A DNA stretch of 64,000 nucleotides from an uncultured Rhabdochlamydiaceae bacterium (GTDB taxonomy: Bacteria; Chlamydiota; Chlamydiia; Chlamydiales; Rhabdochlamydiaceae). The notes under the pieces were generated by a model. It was not told the DNA's origin and did not search any database. It saw only the letters and a program-made list of their open reading frames with translations. Positions 8,494 through 17,807 of this stretch are shown one piece after another. The stretch lies in the NCBI GenBank assembly GCA_963712275.1, contig CAVQHD010000001.1, positions 1,504,001-1,568,000 of the forward strand, written 5' to 3'. A program made the position numbers and the translations under genes. Each line of letters begins with the position of its first letter. Position 1 is the stretch's first letter.

Positions 8494-11400
8494 TCAAAAG
8501 AATTGTCCTATCTCGAAAATGCCTTGATGCGACTGGTAGCTTGAACCAAATTCACCTTGATATCTGACATCCACATAAGGCGCTTTATCATTATTTGGCC
8601 TCACAAGCATGGAAAATTCAAAGACCCCCAGGTTTTGAGCTCCTGTAAGCGTCGTAACTGTGAATGAGCCGGGAGTTCCGATAAGAGAAGAGGTGATAAA
8701 ACCTGTGTGGAAGGTTTTTTGGTAAGCATACGAGCCCTTCTCTCGAAAGACAATGTTTCCCCAGTCGAATTTCACGATTTCATGAAATCGGAGTCCCGTC
8801 TCGCCTCGAAAAAGGGAGCAAAAGCGTCCTTTTTGACGCATATTCAAGATATTTGCCCCATGCTCTTGGAACCCCTGCTCCCAGTTTCCGACCCAGTCGC
8901 CCATGAGGAATGGCTCAATTCCAAACCACTTCACCTGGCACCGCTCTAAATGAAAACCGTCGTAGCCTATCTCCAAGTGTGGAGCAACCTGCCATCCGTG
9001 GGTTTGAGATTTAGCTGTGTGATGAAACCCTGAAAAAGAAATTTTCCTGCGATTGCTTGTATGGTAGTATCCTCCCCATAGCGCCAAATCGAAGTACCAT
9101 TTTGCCGCATTGAGGGTGCCGTAGGCCGTCATGTACCCTTGATCGACACTCGCAGACCCCATCCCGTCTGATTCATGAAGATGGGAGTGGACATAAGCAA
9201 CTCCAACCCCAACCACATTGGCATTTGTTCCATTGTAGTCAAAAGCGGCGATAACTCCTCCGAGCCCTACGTTAAAAGCAGGCGTCTCGTTCTGCGCTTT
9301 TTTATGGGCATATTCCCCAAAGGTTCCAAGCCACATGGCACAGGGACCTTGCTTGTCGCAAGATGTTTGTTTGTCTTGCGCTTTGAGCATCTCCCTAGAA
9401 GTATAGGCGAGGAGCTGATCGGAATCGAGATGTGCTGCTGCAATTGGATTGCTTGCGCTCTCTTGCTGATGAAGTCGTCCATGGCGCAGATGGTCGCTGA
9501 GGACCTGGCTTGAAGCAAGATACCCATTTTGCGAGGCATACGTGGCAAATGCACTGCGTGTTGGCGCTGCCGATTCTAGGGCCTGAGTTAGCTCTGCTTG
9601 GTTTAATGAAGAGAATAGATTGATCACATCGATCGATGCGTTTGAGTTAAAATAGCTCGCTATCTTTAAGTTATTTCCCGTAAGACCTTTGGTGGAAATC
9701 TGAGGAGCGTAGAGCAAATAGACAAAGTTAGGCGCATACGATAAGCTAAAATGAAAATTGGAGAGTCCCCCTGTCACAATCGGATCGAAAGTCCCAGAAT
9801 AAGGCCCTTGCACAATTGGATAGGTTCCAGTGGTTGCATAGCTGCCAGCATCCTGGGTGACATTGACGGTGCCGCCAAGGACAAGCTCTCCCGTTCCTGT
9901 GACGATAACCTGAGAGGATGTCGCAGGACTGATTTCTATGTTGGTAACAGCGGTACTCCCTAAATTAATATTGCCGCTCGATGTATTGAACGTGAGATTT
10001 CCGATTGAATTTCCTGGAGAGAGGGTTCCGCTGATCGTGCCTCCTCCAAAAATAGTTCCGACGCCTCCAAGAGTCGCTCCTGAACTAACGGTAATACCTC
10101 CTAAGATCTGACCATTGACAGATAGCTTTCCTCCCGTCACCGAAGTCATCCCACTATAAGTACTCACCCCATTCAAAATGAGATTGCCAGGTCCTTGCAT
10201 CGTGAGGGAAGCGCCGGCCCCAGTTCCTGGCGTCCAGGCCTGGCCAGATGGGATAGAACTTAGACTATCATCGGCTATCGACTCAGAAATGGTGATGGTA
10301 CTCCCAGAGTCTGGAGCAAAAGTTAGAGTTGCCCCGGAAACCGCGAAGATGCCAAAACCAGCACTAGCCCCTGCGCCGCCGTTTGCGGAGGCTGTATTTC
10401 CCATCGTCGAGCAATTCCCTTGAAATATAATCGTCCCAGTATTAACAAAGATAGCCCCTCCAAGCCCTGCGCCATCTCCTCCTACAGATAGATTACCAAC
10501 AGCTCCGACACCACCAGGACCTCCTTCGCCACCACCACCTCCACCACCAAATCCCCCTTGCCCACCTAATGAGCCAAATCTAAACCCACCACCACCACCA
10601 AAACCCCCATCTCCTAAGTTACCGCCGCCTCCTCCAAAACCTCCATTTCCTTGTTGGTTACCACCGCCACCGCCATAACCTCCATTTCCTGAGACGCTAC
10701 CACCGCCGCCACCAACACCTCCATTTTCTAGGCCAGAGGGACTGCTACTACCACCTCCTCCTCCAATACCACCAGCAGAAGCACTACCATTATAGCCACC
10801 ACCTCCACCAGAAGTCCTTACGACTGGACCAGGATTCATCCCACCGCCTGCACCACCTGCACCAGTCCCATTGCCGCCTTGGCCTCCTCCTCCTCCAAAA
10901 ACATATATTCCAACCGTACCACCGGGGCTGCCATTTCCTCCACCAGCTGTTCCAGCCGCTCCTCCTGTTGCTCCAATTATCGCACCGCCGCCGCCACCTC
11001 CCGCATTTGTTCCATTCCCATTTCCTCCATCAGCTATGGAACCGCCCCCGCCAGAGTTTCCCCCTCCATTACCGCTATACCCACCGCCACCACCATTGTT
11101 GGAACCTCCATTTCCTCCAAGACCACCACCAGCACCACCAGCACCAGGAGCACCACCGCTGGCACCAAAACCAGCGCTCGCCGTATTAGAAGTAAAAACC
11201 ACATCTTTAATGGTCACAGTGGCTCCATCTACAAAAACAGCCCCGCCTGCTCCCATTCCACCACCACCGCCACCCGCTCCAGAGCCTCCTTGAGCCACGC
11301 CGCCTTGGATGTTCATGTTCTGCAAGGTCACAGTGCCTTGCCTGATAAAAAAGGGACGAAAGCCGTTTCCATCAATTGTCGTAGGGCTGCCTGAAGAATT

Positions 11401-11682
11401 GCCGATTGTGATGGTATCTGTCGTAAATAGGTTGATTGGAGGAGGGAGGGCATTTAAAGACACCGATGGAACAGAAAACGTAATATTAAAAGGTCCGGCT
11501 GTTCCTTGAGCTTGGCTATTTAAGATCTGATTCAAAGTATAGCGTAACTCCCCAGTTGCTCCTCCTGTATTGACAGCTGAGTCTGACCCCAGACTGACTA
11601 TATAATCAGCACTGAAAACGGCTGCTGTTGCAAGGCTAAAACAGATCGTAGAACAGAAAATTTCCTTCCATCGTAAAGACAT
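8494..11682 (-). CDS. Autotransporter with Gly-rich passenger (Pmp-like)
   Basis: Signal peptide; GGAVF/GGAIF and FTSN motifs; about 270-aa Gly-rich tract; GPGNLILNGVSTYSGMTSVTGGKL autotransporter-associated repeat; aromatic-rich C-terminal beta-barrel ending in F. Confidence 0.9.
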   Translation of the reverse strand: MSLRWKEIFCSTICFSLATAAVFSADYIVSLGSDSAVNTGGATGELRYTLNQILNSQAQGTAGPFNITFSVPSVSLNALPPPINLFTTDTITIGNSSGSPTTIDGNGFRPFFIRQGTVTLQNMNIQGGVAQGGSGAGGGGGGMGAGGAVFVDGATVTIKDVVFTSNTASAGFGASGGAPGAGGAGGGLGGNGGSNNGGGGGYSGNGGGNSGGGGSIADGGNGNGTNAGGGGGGAIIGATGGAAGTAGGGNGSPGGTVGIYVFGGGGGQGGNGTGAGGAGGGMNPGPVVRTSGGGGGYNGSASAGGIGGGGGSSSPSGLENGGVGGGGGSVSGNGGYGGGGGNQQGNGGFGGGGGNLGDGGFGGGGGFRFGSLGGQGGFGGGGGGGEGGPGGVGAVGNLSVGGDGAGLGGAIFVNTGTIIFQGNCSTMGNTASANGGAGASAGFGIFAVSGATLTFAPDSGSTITISESIADDSLSSIPSGQAWTPGTGAGASLTMQGPGNLILNGVSTYSGMTSVTGGKLSVNGQILGGITVSSGATLGGVGTIFGGGTISGTLSPGNSIGNLTFNTSSGNINLGSTAVTNIEISPATSSQVIVTGTGELVLGGTVNVTQDAGSYATTGTYPIVQGPYSGTFDPIVTGGLSNFHFSLSYAPNFVYLLYAPQISTKGLTGNNLKIASYFNSNASIDVINLFSSLNQAELTQALESAAPTRSAFATYASQNGYLASSQVLSDHLRHGRLHQQESASNPIAAAHLDSDQLLAYTSREMLKAQDKQTSCDKQGPCAMWLGTFGEYAHKKAQNETPAFNVGLGGVIAAFDYNGTNANVVGVGVAYVHSHLHESDGMGSASVDQGYMTAYGTLNAAKWYFDLALWGGYYHTSNRRKISFSGFHHTAKSQTHGWQVAPHLEIGYDGFHLERCQVKWFGIEPFLMGDWVGNWEQGFQEHGANILNMRQKGRFCSLFRGETGLRFHEIVKFDWGNIVFREKGSYAYQKTFHTGFITSSLIGTPGSFTVTTLTGAQNLGVFEFSMLVRPNNDKAPYVDVRYQGEFGSSYQSHQGIFEIGQFF

Positions 11683-11730
11683 AAAAATACCTCTTTCTTT
11701 CTGAAATACTAAAAGGAAATTTGTTAAGCT

Positions 11731-13305
11731 GAGGGAATTGCAAAACTAGAAACGAAAAAGTGATTTTTCGGGGATAGTGAATGCAAACCGGTTGGCAGGC
11801 CCCGAAAAATCACTTTTTCGATTCCAGTCTCGTAATTTTAGATGTTTTATCCAAAAAATCTTCACTGTGAGAACAAGCGGGAGCCCATTTGATCATTGGC
11901 CAGAAGACTTTTTCACCCTACAGCAAGATTACGTGACCAATTTCATCAATTGGTCGGCTGTCAATACCAACACGCCAAACATAAGATGGCACGCAACCTT
12001 ACTAAGTCCGCGCACCCTGAGTTTGCAAGCACCAAATTCGTCTTTCAGACGAGAATTGGTTCGTTCCGCAGCTGTCCTTTCATTATAACGCAGTGTTTCT
12101 GGGAAAATTAAATTCAGAGTTCTTCTTGCAAGACTTTCCGCTTCAAGGTCTTTTTTGAGCTGTTTGTCTGCTCTTGGATTCTTATCGATTAGGGGCTTGT
12201 GTCCGAGAGATTGGCTATGTGCGATAATACCTGGGATGTCGTAAGCGGCATCCATGAGGTCATAGCAGTTGATGATTCTCGTGGCAGTTAAAGTGGCCAG
12301 AGGAATTGCAACCTGACTGTCATGAACTGAAGCTGAAGTAACAATAGCGCTGACAGGGATGCCTCCGTCAATGGTATCTAAATGTAACTTGTAGCCAGTC
12401 CAGTACATTGTATTACCTTTGCTGTCTTTTTTAGCACCTTTGTCGCATGCTGTCGGTAAATCAGCCAGCATTTCTTCTAGCGTCATCGTTTTTTGTCTGT
12501 CTATGCGCGTAGGTTCGGGTTTGGCTCGTTTTTGGCCTTTTTTAGGGCGACCTTTTTTCTTTGGCTCCAATTCCTGATCCGGATCTTCACTGTTTTGCGT
12601 TGCCTTGTTCTTAGTTTTGGTTTGCGGCCGTTCTCGAGCCTCGATTGCGGTTGAATCGCGTGAATTATGCAAAACGACTTCGTTTTTCAATGTCTTTACA
12701 ATCAGCGCCTCATGTGCGCGCTGAGGAAGCCCTGTTTTAGCAAACTCAGTGAAGGCTCTAGAAAAAGTAGCCTCACTAGGCAGTTCAGACAGAGATTCCC
12801 ACCCACAAATACGTCGTAGGTTTTTATCGCTTTTCAAGCGATCAATCAAAAATGTTGTCGTATCGAGATTGTATACCATTTTAACAACGAATGATCTGGC
12901 AATTGCTGAACGTGTTTTTTGTGGGCGGCCCTCACATCCGTAATAGCAAGGAAGAAAGTCTTCGATGCGTACCACTTCCAAAATAGAAACCAATTGTTGC
13001 TGCTTTTCTGTCAGTGGATCGAGCTCTTCTTCTAACCAAGCGAAAAGAGAGCCTTGAATTTTTTCCCAATATTTTGATAAAGTGTCTGTCAGCTGACCCA
13101 CGTGGTTTGCTCCTTGCTCTGATGTGATTGTTTGTCAGAAAGCTAATTATATCAGACGCAAGGTGTTTGTTAAAAGTGACTTGTGGTTGAAAATCGCAAC
13201 GCTATTACAGAAATGACGAAAGGGAAGACTTTTTCGGAGTTGCTGTAGGTTTTGCTAAAACGGACCCGAAAAAGTCTTCCCTTTCGTTAGTTTTGCAATT
13301 CCCTC
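11731..13305 (-). mobile_element. DDE insertion sequence (IS5/IS1182-like), 1575 bp
   Basis: 18-bp TIR GAGGGAATTGCAAAACTA / TAGTTTTGCAATTCCCTC; flanking AAGCT direct repeat at 11726-11730 and 13306-13310. Confidence 0.92.
11929..13101 (-). CDS. DDE transposase
   Basis: RDSTAI, GYKLH, MDAAYD, RTAAERTNSRLK motifs; PSEATFSR N-terminal motif. Confidence 0.92.
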   Translation of the reverse strand: MGQLTDTLSKYWEKIQGSLFAWLEEELDPLTEKQQQLVSILEVVRIEDFLPCYYGCEGRPQKTRSAIARSFVVKMVYNLDTTTFLIDRLKSDKNLRRICGWESLSELPSEATFSRAFTEFAKTGLPQRAHEALIVKTLKNEVVLHNSRDSTAIEARERPQTKTKNKATQNSEDPDQELEPKKKGRPKKGQKRAKPEPTRIDRQKTMTLEEMLADLPTACDKGAKKDSKGNTMYWTGYKLHLDTIDGGIPVSAIVTSASVHDSQVAIPLATLTATRIINCYDLMDAAYDIPGIIAHSQSLGHKPLIDKNPRADKQLKKDLEAESLARRTLNLIFPETLRYNERTAAERTNSRLKDEFGACKLRVRGLSKVACHLMFGVLVLTADQLMKLVT

Positions 13306-13331
13306 AAGCTATCAAAAAAGATGGATGATAC

Positions 13332-14219
13332 ATGAACACTTTTGTTGCGACAATTGATCTTGCGCTTGCCTCTAAACTTGAAGAAGATCTTAAATCTCAA
13401 GGGTTTATATTAAACAAGCCCCCTTATACGCTCTTTTCAGCCCAAAAAAAGGGGGTTTCTTGCACTCTTTATTCCAGCGGAAAACTGACGGTTCAAGGGA
13501 AAGAAAAAGAGGCGTTTATCACCTATTACCTAGAACCTGAAATCTTAAAAACCTTGGCCTATAGCTATCCCGAGCTCGGTGTTGATATGACCGCGCATAT
13601 TGGAGTGGATGAGGCAGGCAAAGGCGATTTTTTTGGGCCTCTTTGCATTGGGGCTGTTCAAGCCGACGAAAAAGGAATCAAGTCGCTGCTTAGCTTGGGT
13701 GTGAAAGATAGCAAGAAAATGAGCGACCAAACGATGTTCATGCTCGCTCCTAAAATCCGCGCAGCGGTCCCCTCGACAATCGTTAAAATCTCTCCCCCTA
13801 AATACAATGAAATGTATCAGAGTTTTCAAAACCTCAACAGGCTTCTCGCATGGGGGCATGCAACAGCGATTGGAGAGCTTGTCCAAAAGACAGGATGCCA
13901 AAAGGCGCTGATTGATCAGTTTACAACTGAATCGCTTGTGGAATCTGCCCTTGCCAAAAAAGGGGTCTGTGTTGAACTCGAGCAAAGGCCTCGCGCTGAA
14001 GAAGACCCTGTTGTTGCGGCCGCCTCCATTTTAGCGCGGGTCGCTTTTGTAGGAGCGCTCGAAGCTTTAAGCCTGCAGGTTGGCATGACGCTACCCAAAG
14101 GAGCCTCCTCTCTTGTCGTGAAAGCAGGACGCAAGCTTGTTGAGGGGCAGGGGCGATCAATCCTCGAACAGGTAGCGAAACTGCACTTTAAAACCACCCA
14201 AGAAATACTTTTCTTTTAA
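13332..14219 (+). CDS. rnhC: Ribonuclease HIII
   Basis: TBP-like N-domain (LYSSGKLTVQG), GVDEAGKGDFFGPL, DSKK, VAAASILAR, KLHFKT. Confidence 0.95.
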   Translation: MNTFVATIDLALASKLEEDLKSQGFILNKPPYTLFSAQKKGVSCTLYSSGKLTVQGKEKEAFITYYLEPEILKTLAYSYPELGVDMTAHIGVDEAGKGDFFGPLCIGAVQADEKGIKSLLSLGVKDSKKMSDQTMFMLAPKIRAAVPSTIVKISPPKYNEMYQSFQNLNRLLAWGHATAIGELVQKTGCQKALIDQFTTESLVESALAKKGVCVELEQRPRAEEDPVVAAASILARVAFVGALEALSLQVGMTLPKGASSLVVKAGRKLVEGQGRSILEQVAKLHFKTTQEILFF

Positions 14220-14243
14220 TCGCCTATTTTTTAACCTGCCTCT

Positions 14244-15149
14244 ATGTCACGATTTTCATACACAGTCATAGCGGCGCTTTTTTTATTGCCGGTTGAAGGG
14301 GCCCCTTACGGTTTTTCTGACTACTACTTTGCAGATCCCGAGAGACACTGGCATGTTGAGGCCGCTTATCGGGGGGTTGGAAAAGCGGAGTTTGAAAAGA
14401 ACAAATGGCATCACCTGAACTATGCAGATGCCGACGCAGCTCTCTATTACACACAACCTCTTGATGACGAGAACTCTTTAACCTACGGCTTAGGTTATGA
14501 CTTTTTGAGGTTGGATTGGCATCAAAACCCCCGCTTTTCACAATCTAATTTCCATTATTTAGTCGGATCTATCGGGTATGTTTCAACGACTTTAGACCGT
14601 TGGCGCTGGATTATTAATACAGGCTTTTCTGTTGATGCGGCCCGCCTTGATTTTGGCCCCTCCGCAGTTTATCATGCGATGCTCTGGGGACGGTTCCATT
14701 TTACCGATTGTTGTGGAGTGCACATTGGGGCTTTGGGATGGTATGGAGTTAAAAATGGACGAGGATTTCCCGTCTTTGGATTTGACTGGAAATGGGGGGA
14801 TAAGTGGTCTGCAAACACGGTTTTTCCAATTGACTATTCTCTTACGTACCACCTCTCGGACAATTGGTCTCTTGAAACTGCCTATGCTAACTTTGGAGGA
14901 CCTTACAAATACCCGCGGCTCGCGCATGAGGGCGCAAAAGGGTTTAGAGAGTCGATTTTGATGGTCTATTCCAATGGAGTCGACTTAGCTTTGAAGTTTA
15001 AGTTTGAACATCTACTCAGAGCCTCCTTAGGCGTGGGATGGAATTTCGGGGGATGGCTTTTCATTAAAAATCATGAAAATCACGACGGAAAATACTACCA
15101 TTTTAATTCCGCTCCCTACGCTCAAGGAAGTATCGCCTTAACATTTTAA
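14244..15149 (+). CDS. Putative outer-membrane beta-barrel protein
   Basis: Signal peptide, aromatic-rich alternating strands, C-terminal F. Confidence 0.7.
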   Translation: MSRFSYTVIAALFLLPVEGAPYGFSDYYFADPERHWHVEAAYRGVGKAEFEKNKWHHLNYADADAALYYTQPLDDENSLTYGLGYDFLRLDWHQNPRFSQSNFHYLVGSIGYVSTTLDRWRWIINTGFSVDAARLDFGPSAVYHAMLWGRFHFTDCCGVHIGALGWYGVKNGRGFPVFGFDWKWGDKWSANTVFPIDYSLTYHLSDNWSLETAYANFGGPYKYPRLAHEGAKGFRESILMVYSNGVDLALKFKFEHLLRASLGVGWNFGGWLFIKNHENHDGKYYHFNSAPYAQGSIALTF

Positions 15150-15755
15150 CTATTTGGCAGCTGTTGTGTTTTTATGCAGCCGGAATGATTCCACAAAGTG
15201 TTTATACCGCACTTCATCATAGTTAGGGATTTCACATTCCATTGCCATAAGATACAGGCTATTTTTGACCATGACAGCCCGTCCCTTAAAGTAAATGTTT
15301 CCTGTTCGGATGAAAAAATCGAGCGCCTCATGCCCATCGACTAGAAGAAGATCGGCAAAAAGGAGTTGATTTCCAGGGTTATGGGTTAAAATCCCATTGA
15401 GAAACCCCTCCAAGCTCATTTGAGCATAAGCCTCATCGACAAACTCAGGGTATTGGGCTACAAGCAACATAAAGACAGCTTGCTGCTCTACAGCAGAAAT
15501 GTAAGCGTCATATTTGAGTTCAAACCCCTCATCAGGCATTGCCATTTTTTCCGAAATATGTTCGGGCTCTGCTGGAAGCCACAAGGAGCAATTTCCTGCT
15601 TTAGCATGGTATTCTTGCCATCCTGCAGGTACGACAGCCTGAGTAGAAGTTCGAGTAGAACTTGGTGCCGACGAAACATTCGTCGGTGCAGTCAGCAGCA
15701 AAACACCTCCCAGACAGCTGAGAAGCCACTGCTTAAATCCCCTTATTTCCAACAT
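15150..15755 (-). CDS. Exported hypothetical protein
   Basis: ATG 15755 with GAGGGG RBS; N-terminal signal-like segment. Confidence 0.7.
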   Translation of the reverse strand: MLEIRGFKQWLLSCLGGVLLLTAPTNVSSAPSSTRTSTQAVVPAGWQEYHAKAGNCSLWLPAEPEHISEKMAMPDEGFELKYDAYISAVEQQAVFMLLVAQYPEFVDEAYAQMSLEGFLNGILTHNPGNQLLFADLLLVDGHEALDFFIRTGNIYFKGRAVMVKNSLYLMAMECEIPNYDEVRYKHFVESFRLHKNTTAAK

Positions 15756-15781
15756 AATCCCCCCTCTATTTATTAATGAAA

Positions 15782-16420
15782 TTAATGAATCCTGCCCATG
15801 AGTAAAGCCAAGAGCCATGCAATCAGCTGGACACCCATGAAAATAACGATAAACGGCATAAAAATATTGAGAAGCGCTTTCCAAGCGGAAAATTGTTGAG
15901 CCTCCCCAAGCGCTTTCAGGAGAATAACAAGCCCCCAGACTGCAACAACCACCTGAATGAGCGTCATGAAAAAGATAAAGGCCAGCTGCCCTCCGGCAAA
16001 AGGAAGTTCGAGATAGGCCCTAGTAAAAAGATATCCTCTAAATACCATGATCTCTGTGGCCCAAACCGCAATGTTGACAAGCGTAGGCACACTAGACCAA
16101 GCAACCGCTGCTCGAACCTGTTTAAAGGTTCCAAGCCCACCCAGCCATCGCCCTGTCCAATAAAAGAGAGCAGCTCCTACATTGACTCCAACAAATCCGG
16201 TAATGATGGCTCCAACCGCAGTCCCCCCTAAAATATAGCCAAAAGAGTAGACATCTCCGAGCGCTCGATTTTGTGCTGCTTGAAGGAGAATAGGAAATCC
16301 ATAGATCCAATAAAGCAAAGGGAGCAAATAGGATGTGTTGAATTCAAGAATGGCTCGGATCGTTTCCCGGGGATGCAGCCACATTCCAATCCATGGATTT
16401 ACGGATAATTTTTCTGCCAT
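15782..16420 (-). CDS. Yip1 family membrane protein
   Basis: NPWIGMWLHPRETIRAI N-terminus and several TM segments; AGGAG RBS. Confidence 0.8.
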   Translation of the reverse strand: MAEKLSVNPWIGMWLHPRETIRAILEFNTSYLLPLLYWIYGFPILLQAAQNRALGDVYSFGYILGGTAVGAIITGFVGVNVGAALFYWTGRWLGGLGTFKQVRAAVAWSSVPTLVNIAVWATEIMVFRGYLFTRAYLELPFAGGQLAFIFFMTLIQVVVAVWGLVILLKALGEAQQFSAWKALLNIFMPFIVIFMGVQLIAWLLALLMGRIH

Positions 16421-16540
16421 ACAAGCTCCTTTGAGGACTGTATGTTTAGAATAATACTAAAACAATAATTATTCAATTATTATTTTAACTTTTTGTGGAA
16501 TAATGGAACTATGTAAAGAAGAATCAATAAGATAGAAAGG

Positions 16541-16570
16541 AAAAGGCACGTCTTGTGAGGCGTGCCTTTT
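16541..16570. terminator. Intrinsic terminator (bidirectional type)
   Basis: AAAAGGCACGTCT-TGTG-AGGCGTGCCTTTT. Confidence 0.8.
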
Positions 16571-16584
16571 ATAACGTCTGATAA

Positions 16585-16776
16585 CTAGTTGTTTTCTTCT
16601 TCCTCTTCTTCTGAATCATCTTCATCAGAATCTTCAGTCATCTGATCTTCAGAAGAGCTGCTTGTCTGCGTTTGAGCAGCAACTGTCCCTGCTTTTTTCG
16701 TTTCCGATCCTGAGAGGAAAGGGTTGATGATGATCAATCCCACAACCATAATTGCGACCACAATCATATTATCCAT
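16585..16776 (-). CDS. Small protein: one TM segment plus acidic tail
   Basis: ATG 16776 with AAGGAG RBS, followed by a terminator. Confidence 0.7.
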   Translation of the reverse strand: MDNMIVVAIMVVGLIIINPFLSGSETKKAGTVAAQTQTSSSSEDQMTEDSDEDDSEEEEEENN

Positions 16777-16897
16777 GCTATTTCTCCTTTTTTTAAGCAA
16801 AGGAATGGACTATAGCAAACCGCATCATTTCCAGACAAGTACCCTTTACAATTAATTTTAAAATTAATATTAGTTAATTTAACTGAAGGATTAATTT

Positions 16898-17296
16898 ATG
16901 CCAAAAAAACGTCTGAAGAAAAAATCTTCTGCTAAAATTAAAAAAACGATTAAAACTCATGAACGGCAGCGCCTTGAAAACCTCGAAGAGCTCATCAGCT
17001 TAAACCTGGGCAGCCTTTTAGTCCTAAGCGAGGAAGGCGATCCAACCCAAATTGCTCTCGCCTATCAGCAAGCCAAAAACGAATTTTTAAAGCTTGGACC
17101 TGAAATGCATCGCATCGCTCGAGAAATTGGAGGAGATCTGTTTTGGATTGTCGCCGACTTCCTAGAGAGCATTGACGTCGTTCTCCATAAGCAAGGGATG
17201 CTCGATGAAGACAAAATCACGCATTGCCTTTCGACGACAGAGCGCCTTAAAGCAGAGCTTAAGCAAAACACTTTTGAAGCAGGGGGGCTAGGTTAA
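16898..17296 (+). CDS. Hypothetical protein with basic N-terminus
   Basis: 132-aa ORF with AAGGA RBS. Confidence 0.7.
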   Translation: MPKKRLKKKSSAKIKKTIKTHERQRLENLEELISLNLGSLLVLSEEGDPTQIALAYQQAKNEFLKLGPEMHRIAREIGGDLFWIVADFLESIDVVLHKQGMLDEDKITHCLSTTERLKAELKQNTFEAGGLG

Positions 17297-17309
17297 AATC
17301 TTTGAATAC

Positions 17310-17403
17310 AGATCGGGCAAGGGAACGGGCACGGTAACGTTCACGAAAGAGCTTAGGTGACCTCTTTCGTGAACGTTACCGTGCCCGTTCCCTTGCCCGA
17401 TCT
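17310..17403. repeat. Palindromic element P1 (42-bp perfect stem, 10-nt loop)
   Basis: Arms 17310-17351 and 17362-17403 are exact reverse complements. Confidence 0.95.
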
Positions 17404-17415
17404 CCCCCTAACCGA

Positions 17416-17673
17416 TTACTTACAAGAACCGCCTTGAGATTTTCCACCTTTGCAATTACAGCCGGAACAACCGCACCCGCATTTACACTTTCCTAGGCAT
17501 CCCAAGCACCAAACAGCCGCAAGCCCTATGATAGCATAAATAAAACGGGCAAGCCATGATGTATTCCCATGGGCGATCCAAGCAACCAAATCAAATTGGA
17601 AAAATCCCCACAAACCCCAATTCAAAGCCCCAATGATAACAAGAGCCCTCGCTACACATTTTAATAACTTCAT
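17416..17673 (-). CDS. DUF378-like small membrane protein with Cys-rich tail
   Basis: LVIIGALNWGLWGFFQFDLVA signature; ATG 17673 with GAGG RBS. Confidence 0.85.
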   Translation of the reverse strand: MKLLKCVARALVIIGALNWGLWGFFQFDLVAWIAHGNTSWLARFIYAIIGLAAVWCLGCLGKCKCGCGCSGCNCKGGKSQGGSCK

Positions 17674-17807
17674 AAAAAAAGCCTCCTCTACCGTTCTACC
17701 CTTTAATATACATAAAAGAACTTCGATTGTCACCATTTTTTTTTACTTTAACAATTGTCATTTAATCATTGAAAATGGTACATTCTTCCACTGATGATGG
17801 AGGTCGT

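Noticed and set aside
10871..11394. Pro-rich, Thr-rich and His-rich plus-strand ORFs
   Set aside because: Antisense shadows of the GGN-rich autotransporter passenger.
16851..16868. AT-only palindrome ATTAATTTTAAAATTAAT in a divergent promoter region
   Set aside because: Could be an operator, but such palindromes arise easily in AT-rich intergenic DNA and no second copy was noticed.
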